In this document: piece after piece, positions 58,699-64,000 of the stretch
How positions within the stretch are numbered: position 1 is the stretch's first letter
Layout of the letters: each line of letters opens with the position of its first letter
Assembly (NCBI GenBank): GCA_050250665.1
Contig: JBFWOF010000019.1
Coordinates: 10,455-74,454 of the forward strand
Direction: 5' to 3'
From: Lysobacterales bacterium
GTDB lineage: Bacteria > Pseudomonadota > Gammaproteobacteria > Xanthomonadales > SZUA-5
Length of the DNA: 64,000 nucleotides
The notes under the pieces: model-generated
Database searches by the model: none
The model's input: only the letters and a program-made list of their open reading frames with translations
What the model was told of the DNA's origin: nothing
Position numbers and translations under genes: made by a program

Positions 58699-59918
58699 GG
58701 TGAACCCGCCCGGCGCATGCTGGCATCGCCCATCAGGATGGCCCAGAGTTTGCCGAAGCGGGTGGCGACCGGCTCTTCCACATAGGGCACGCCATGACGG
58801 GCGCAGATGGCCTTCAGTCTGGGCGCGGCCTGACGGTATTTCAGCATCGGCAGATCGGGCCAGACATGGTGCTCGATCTGATAGTTGAGATAACCCATCA
58901 GGAAATCGCGAGTGTCACTGCCGCCGGGATAGTTCACCGAGCCGACGATCTGGCGCAGGTAGAACTCGGCCTTGTCCTTGACCCGGCCTTCGAAGCGCCA
59001 CAGATCATCGCCGGCATGGTTGGGCACGATGATCACGAAGGCGTAGACATTGGCGATCACTTCGGCGATCAGACTGTTGATCAGCACCGCCGTCCAGACC
59101 TCGACGCCAAAGGGCAGGAACAGTGCCGGAATCAGGCCGAAGCGCAGCAGCGCATAGGGCAGCACACAGCGGACCCAGAATTCCAGGCCGCGGCGGCTGA
59201 TCGGCAGCAGCAGGCGCTCGCCCGGATAAAGCAGGCGCCAGACCGTCCCGGCGGTCGGCAGGCCGGCAGCCGGCGCCGCGGCACGCCGTCGCTGCTGCTG
59301 CAGGGCCCACAGCGTATTCGGCGCGTAGTAGACGAGTTTCCAGGTGGCCATCAGCAGCAGCGCCAGAAACCAACGCAGCGGGCGCGGCAGGCGCTGCAGC
59401 CGCAGCAGCCAGGCATTGTGCTCGACCAGATCCGGATCTTCGATCTCGCCGGTGTGGAAATGATGCAGCTGATTGTGCTCGTGCGCCCAGGCCGCCGGAT
59501 CCATCCAGTCCGGCCAGTCGAGAAAACGTCGCCAGCCGCGGGCGTAACGCTGGCTGCGGTAGCGATCGGGGACACCGGGCACGCGGTCATAGCCGCGGTG
59601 CATGACATGGTGAGTGACCATGGTCCAGCGGGCCACATTGGCCATCGCCAGCAGCAGCCAGGCCAATGGATTGTAGGGAATCCAGGCCAGGGCATAGCCG
59701 AGTGCGCCGCAGATCCGGCCCCAGCGCTCCATCCGCGCCAGGTGCGCCAGATCCGCCGCGCCCAGATCCTGGACCAGCTCCGCCCGCAGCGCTGCGATGT
59801 CCGCGGCAAAAGCGCGGCGGTCGATCACGGGCAGCGGGGTCGTCGTGGTGGCACTCTCGTGGCGCCAGGCTTGCCGGCGTGCCGTGCCGGCGCCGTTGTG
59901 ACTTGCAGCAGTATCCAT
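58683..59918 (-). CDS. membrane fatty-acid desaturase family protein
   Basis: Three His boxes: HHVMHRGY, HNQLHHFH, QIEHHVWPD. ATG 59918 preferred; the ORF opens at 60023. Confidence 0.8.
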   Translation of the reverse strand: MDTAASHNGAGTARRQAWRHESATTTTPLPVIDRRAFAADIAALRAELVQDLGAADLAHLARMERWGRICGALGYALAWIPYNPLAWLLLAMANVARWTMVTHHVMHRGYDRVPGVPDRYRSQRYARGWRRFLDWPDWMDPAAWAHEHNQLHHFHTGEIEDPDLVEHNAWLLRLQRLPRPLRWFLALLLMATWKLVYYAPNTLWALQQQRRRAAAPAAGLPTAGTVWRLLYPGERLLLPISRRGLEFWVRCVLPYALLRFGLIPALFLPFGVEVWTAVLINSLIAEVIANVYAFVIIVPNHAGDDLWRFEGRVKDKAEFYLRQIVGSVNYPGGSDTRDFLMGYLNYQIEHHVWPDLPMLKYRQAAPRLKAICARHGVPYVEEPVATRFGKLWAILMGDASMRRAGSPYGGG

Positions 59919-60091
59919 GGCGCTCCATGGGGGGCGGGGCGATCTCTCCGGCGCCGGGCCAGAGTCGGTCCGGGCAGCATTGCCGCTGTAAGCTTCACTG
60001 TCCAGCGTGGACAATGTCGCCATCTGATCGAAGGAAGTGCGCGCTTGATCCAGTCTTTGCCGTCACGCCGCCGCATTCGAAGGCTCCAGGC

Positions 60092-62845
60092 ATGAGCGAT
60101 CGGGTGTCCGACCAGACTCTGCTGACGCCGGCGCCCAGCCTGCATCTGGTCACGCTGACCAGGGTCGGCGACCAGCTCGAGTCCGACCGGATCGAGCTCC
60201 ACGCGGGCCAACGCCTGGGGCCCTTCGAGCTGCGTCATCTGCTCGGTGCCGGCGGCATGGGCCAGGTTTACCTCGCCGATCAGCTGCATCCGGTGCAGCG
60301 CCAGGTGGCGCTGAAGTTCAGTCAGCTGCGCCTGGGTGACGGCGAAGCCTCGGTGCGCTTCGACATCGAGCGCCAGGCGCTGGCGCGGATGAGCCATCCA
60401 GCCATCGCCCACGTCTACGAGACCGGTACCACCGCCGACGGCTTCCCCTATCTGGCCATGGAATACGTTCCGGGCGAGCCCATCGACGACTATTGCCGTC
60501 GCTGCCAGCTGGATCTGGGCTCCCGATTGCAGCTGTTCATCCGGGTCGCGCTCGGGGTCCAGCATGCGCATCAGAAGCGCATCCTGCATCTGGATCTGAA
60601 GCCGGCCAATGTGCTGGTGGCCACGGTGGATGGGGTCGCCCAGCCGAAGATCATCGATTTCGGCCTGGCCTCGTCTTCCGTTCGGCTGCCGGGCCAGCGC
60701 AGCGGCATGGCCATGGCCGGCACTCCGGGCTACATGAGCCCGGAACAGGCCGGCGTGGCCCAGGACGGGGAGTCGGTCGATGTCGACACCCGCAGCGACA
60801 TCTATGCGCTGGGCGTGATCCTGTACCAGCTGATCGCCGACACCCCGCCTTTCGCCATCGGCCAGTTCAGCGACCTCAGCAGCGCAGAGCTGCGACAGGC
60901 CCTGATCGGGTTCGAGCCGGTGGCGGTCTCGCAGCGATTGCTCGAACTGGGCGAAAGGGCGCGGGCGCGGCGGGTACAGGGCGATCTCGATGCAGTCGTC
61001 GCCTGCGCCATGCATCCGCAGCGCAACCAGCGTTATGAATCGGTCAGCGATCTGATCGACGATCTGCGCAGCTGGCTGGAAAACCGGCCAGTGCGGGCGC
61101 GGGCGCCGAGCAGCCGCCACCGGCTCGGACTGTACATTCGCCGCAACCGGCTGTCGCTGGGCGTGGCCGCCGGGCTGGCTCTGAGCCTCATCGCTGGCCT
61201 CGGCGCCGCCACCTACGGCCTGTTGCAGGCTCGCGCCGAGCGCGATCAGGTGGCCGCCCGCCAGCGCGATCTGGAGCAGGTCAGCGAGTTCCAGCAATCG
61301 ATGCTGGCCGGTCTCGACCCCGCCGTCCTGGGACAGAGTTTGCGCAGTTCCCTGCACCAGCAGCTCGCAGCGGCACTGAAGTCGGATCCGGCCGCGGAGG
61401 AACGCCTGAAGGCCTTCGACCAGAATCTGAATCTGGCCAACCCCACCGAAGCCGCGCGACAGCTGATCGACGACGATCTGCTGGGGCGCGCGCTCGGCGC
61501 AATCGATACCGAACTGGGCGGACAACCCAAGGTCAGCGCCGAACTGCGGCTGGCCATCGGCAAGGCCTATCTGTCGCTGGGCAGCTTCGATACCGCGCTG
61601 GAAGTCATCGATGCCGCAGTCGACAGCCTTCGGCGCGAACTCGGCGATAGTGCCGCCAAGACGCTGCAGGCCCGTCTCAGCCGCAGCGAGGTCATGCGTG
61701 CTCTGGGTCGTGGCCGCGAAGATCTGCCGGCGCTGGAGCAGCTGATCAGCGACGCCCGGGCACAGGGATCGGGCGCCACCGGGGTCATGCTCAGCGCCGA
61801 ATTGCTGCGGGTGGAAGTGCTGGGTCTGGAAGCGGGCCAGCTGGCGCAGAGCGTGCAGATGGCGCGCGATCTGCTGAGCCGGCACGAGGCCTATTTCGGC
61901 GTCGATGCCCTGGAGACCGTCCAGTCCCTACAGGTGCTGGCAGCGCTGCTGGGTCGCAGCGGCGATCTGGAAGACGCCAGTCCGCTGTGGCAACGCTCGC
62001 TGGACCAGCTGCAGGCGCGCTTTGGTGAATCCGACCCGCGCACCATTTCGGCGCTGGACGCCCTGGGCTCCAATCTGGGCATGCTCGGCGAATACGAGCA
62101 GGCCTTGCCTATCCATCTGAAAACCGCCGACTGGCGACGTCGGCATCTGGGCAATGAGCACCCGCTGACGCTGCAGAGCATGAACGGCGCCTCGGTGAGT
62201 CTGGCCAAGCTCGGTCGTCTGCCCGAGGCCATCGCTCTGGCCCGCGATGTGCTCGCCCTGCGCACCCGCACGCTCGGAGCGGACCACCCGCTGACGCTGC
62301 GCTCGATGCTGAATCTGGGCGCTTTCCTGGCCATGAATGGCGATATCTCCGAGGCCTCCAGGCTGACCCGCGAGTGCTATGAGCGGCGCCGTCGGGTGCT
62401 CGGCCCGGACAATCCGGACGTGTCCACGGCGGCGCTGAACCAGGTCGATTTCGAGATCATCGAAGGCCACGCCGCCGAGGCCGTGAAGCTGGCCAGCGAA
62501 GCCCGCGAGCAACGTATCCGACTGTTCGGCGCCGATCATCCGGCCGTGCTGGGTGCCGAGGAAGGTCTGGCCCGGGCACTGACCGCAGCAGAACGCTATG
62601 CCGACGCACTGCCGCTGCTGGAACAACAGCTGGCCGAATTGCGCAAGCCGGAGGCCGGTAACGCCGGCAGACGCTCGCTGACGGCCTGGTATCTGGCCCG
62701 CGTCTATCTGGGTCTGGAGCGAAAGGCCGAGGCGCAGGCGCTGATCGACCACGAGCTCGACTATCTGCGGGAGACCCCGTGGGGCGATCTCAATCCGCCG
62801 GAGCGACTGGCACAACAACAGATCCGGGAGTACCTGTCGAAATGA
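60092..62845 (+). CDS. Ser/Thr protein kinase with transmembrane segment and large TPR domain
   Basis: 917 aa from ATG 60092. GAGGMGQVY, ALKF (VAIK-like Lys), HLDLKPANVLV, DFGLA, GTPGYMSPEQ. TM LGVAAGLALSLIAGLGAATYGLL. About 450 aa of TPR-like repeats follow. The upstream 142 codons of the track ORF are antisense to the desaturase gene. Confidence 0.88.
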   Translation: MSDRVSDQTLLTPAPSLHLVTLTRVGDQLESDRIELHAGQRLGPFELRHLLGAGGMGQVYLADQLHPVQRQVALKFSQLRLGDGEASVRFDIERQALARMSHPAIAHVYETGTTADGFPYLAMEYVPGEPIDDYCRRCQLDLGSRLQLFIRVALGVQHAHQKRILHLDLKPANVLVATVDGVAQPKIIDFGLASSSVRLPGQRSGMAMAGTPGYMSPEQAGVAQDGESVDVDTRSDIYALGVILYQLIADTPPFAIGQFSDLSSAELRQALIGFEPVAVSQRLLELGERARARRVQGDLDAVVACAMHPQRNQRYESVSDLIDDLRSWLENRPVRARAPSSRHRLGLYIRRNRLSLGVAAGLALSLIAGLGAATYGLLQARAERDQVAARQRDLEQVSEFQQSMLAGLDPAVLGQSLRSSLHQQLAAALKSDPAAEERLKAFDQNLNLANPTEAARQLIDDDLLGRALGAIDTELGGQPKVSAELRLAIGKAYLSLGSFDTALEVIDAAVDSLRRELGDSAAKTLQARLSRSEVMRALGRGREDLPALEQLISDARAQGSGATGVMLSAELLRVEVLGLEAGQLAQSVQMARDLLSRHEAYFGVDALETVQSLQVLAALLGRSGDLEDASPLWQRSLDQLQARFGESDPRTISALDALGSNLGMLGEYEQALPIHLKTADWRRRHLGNEHPLTLQSMNGASVSLAKLGRLPEAIALARDVLALRTRTLGADHPLTLRSMLNLGAFLAMNGDISEASRLTRECYERRRRVLGPDNPDVSTAALNQVDFEIIEGHAAEAVKLASEAREQRIRLFGADHPAVLGAEEGLARALTAAERYADALPLLEQQLAELRKPEAGNAGRRSLTAWYLARVYLGLERKAEAQALIDHELDYLRETPWGDLNPPERLAQQQIREYLSK

Positions 62846-63831
62846 AGATTCTGGTCTACGGCGCGGGCGCCATCGGTCAATACGTCGGCGGCATGCTGGC
62901 CCACGGCGGCGCCGAGGTGCATCTGATCGGCCGGCCGGCACTGGTCTCGGCGCTGGCGGCCGCGCCGCTGCAAGTCCAGGATCTGGATGGCAGCGTGCAC
63001 ACGATCAAGCTCACGGTGAGCGCCGCCCTGGCTGAAGCCCCGGCGAATCCGGACCTGGTGATCCTCACGGTCAAGGGCCCGGCCACGGCCGAGGCCGCCG
63101 CTGATCTGGCCAGGCATGTGCCGGCGGCCACGCCGGTGCTGAGTTTCCAGAACGGTGTCGACAATGTCGCCCGTATCAGCGCCGCTGCACCAGGCCTCGC
63201 GGCTCTGGCCGGCATGGTGCCCTACAACGTGGTCCAGATCGCTCCCGGTCAGGTCCGACGCACCAGCGATGGTCAGCTGATGGCCGAACGCGCGCCGATC
63301 ACCGAGGCGCTGTTGCCGATCTGCGCCAAAGCCGGACTGGCCCTGGCCCTGCGCAGCGACATGCGCGCAGTGCAGTGGGGCAAGCTATTGCTCAATCTCA
63401 ACAATCCGCTGAATGCGCTGAGCGGCCTGCCGCTGCGCCAGCAGTTGCTGGATCGGCGCTATCGCTGCCTGCTGGCCGATCTGCAGCAGGAGGCCCTTGC
63501 CGTTCTCGACCGGGCGGCCGAGCCGGTCGCGCAGGTGACCCCGCTGCCGCCGCGCTGGCTGCCACGCCTGCTGCGTTTGCCAACCTGGCTGTTCAAGCCG
63601 CTGGCGGCGCGGATGCTGAAGATCAGCCCCGAGGCGCGCTCGTCGATGTACGACGATCGCCTGGCCGGCCGCCCCACCGAGATCGACGATCTTTGCGGCG
63701 CGGTGGTGCGCTGCGCCGAGCGCAGCGGAGCGACGGCGGCAGCCAATGCGGCATTGCTGCGTCTGGTCTCTGGCGCACCTGCCGGCCGCTGGTTCAGCGC
63801 CGCCGAGATCCGGTCGGCTCTGGGCGGCTGA
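62842..63831 (+). CDS. panE: 2-dehydropantoate 2-reductase (ketopantoate reductase family)
   Basis: MKILVYGAGAIGQYVGGML Rossmann N-terminus. KGPAT. C-terminal ApbA domain. ATGA overlap with the kinase stop. Confidence 0.83.
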   Translation: MKILVYGAGAIGQYVGGMLAHGGAEVHLIGRPALVSALAAAPLQVQDLDGSVHTIKLTVSAALAEAPANPDLVILTVKGPATAEAAADLARHVPAATPVLSFQNGVDNVARISAAAPGLAALAGMVPYNVVQIAPGQVRRTSDGQLMAERAPITEALLPICAKAGLALALRSDMRAVQWGKLLLNLNNPLNALSGLPLRQQLLDRRYRCLLADLQQEALAVLDRAAEPVAQVTPLPPRWLPRLLRLPTWLFKPLAARMLKISPEARSSMYDDRLAGRPTEIDDLCGAVVRCAERSGATAAANAALLRLVSGAPAGRWFSAAEIRSALGG

Positions 63832-63859
63832 GCCCGGCCGGGCAGCGCCGGATGCGCGT

Positions 63860-64000
63860 TCAGTCGCTGCAACGCAGACAGTCCTTCACACGCCATCCCT
63901 GACGCTTGTAGATCTTCGATCGCGCGGTTTCGCGACGCTCGGCTGGCGCCTCGTCCCGGGTCGGTGAGGCCGTCGGCGTCTCCAGCCTGGCGGCAGCCCG
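63860..64000 (-). CDS. 3' end of an unidentified gene (partial, runs off the window)
   Basis: My own translation of the minus strand: ...RAAARLETPTASPTRDEAPAERRETARSKIYKRQGWRVKDCLRCSD*. Open to the window edge. No family recognised. Confidence 0.25.
   Translation of the reverse strand, partial: RAAARLETPTASPTRDEAPAERRETARSKIYKRQGWRVKDCLRCSD

Noticed and set aside
1-64000. A prophage, integrative element, integron or classical defence island as an explanation for the accessory-looking genes (TA cassette, endolysin-like gene, RAYT).
   Set aside because: I could recognise no integrase or recombinase, no phage structural or replication genes, no tRNA/attachment site and no cas genes in any frame. 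The flanking genes are core housekeeping genes in conserved synteny.

Overview
High-GC (roughly two-thirds G+C by eye) gammaproteobacterial chromosome segment. Gene content looks Xanthomonadales/Nevskiales-like, but no taxon can be assigned from sequence alone. All family calls below come from reading motifs in the supplied translations; no database search was run.

I can support about 45 CDS:
- Housekeeping genes: glyQ/glyS, deoC, the enteric-type rhlB-trxA-rho block, mobA, panE, acyl-CoA dehydrogenase, HiPIP and a ferredoxin reductase.
- A NarL-type two-component pair.
- Part of a type II secretion locus: gspC-gspD, then a gap, then gspE.
- A roughly 16.5 kb beta-glucan-type utilisation locus: TonB-dependent receptor, two tryptophan-halogenase-like genes, SapC, a cupin, GH3, glk, a clan GH-A hydrolase, an MFS sugar transporter and a LacI regulator. 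Four near-identical LacI-type palindromes sit in its promoter regions.
- A yybP-ykoY (Mn2+) riboswitch in front of a UPF0016/GDT1 exporter.
- A Ser/Thr kinase-TPR protein.

The most unusual property of the window is its intergenic DNA. Nearly every spacer is a mosaic of short repeat families: at least eight REP hairpin flavours, several 80-150 bp MITE-like palindromes, and heptanucleotide tandem arrays. One REP-associated tyrosine transposase (RAYT) gene is embedded in a 92-bp-periodic REPIN array.

Other items worth a second look:
- A vapBC-type toxin-antitoxin cassette sits inside the glyQ-glyS operon, and the toxin stop codon overlaps the glyS start.
- An uncharacterised envelope module (DUF3142 lipoprotein, a 727-aa helical-repeat protein and a 50-aa membrane peptide) lies directly downstream of an orphan gspE. 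A repeat element at that junction leaves no recognisable start codon.
- GspE has no tetracysteine motif.
- TrxA has CEPC in place of CGPC.
- An AT-rich heptamer inverted repeat lies at the gspC/gspD junction.

No rRNA, tRNA, CRISPR array, integrase or prophage was recognised. Many long ORFs in the track are antisense shadows, typical of high-GC DNA, or are translations of repeat arrays; these are rejected.
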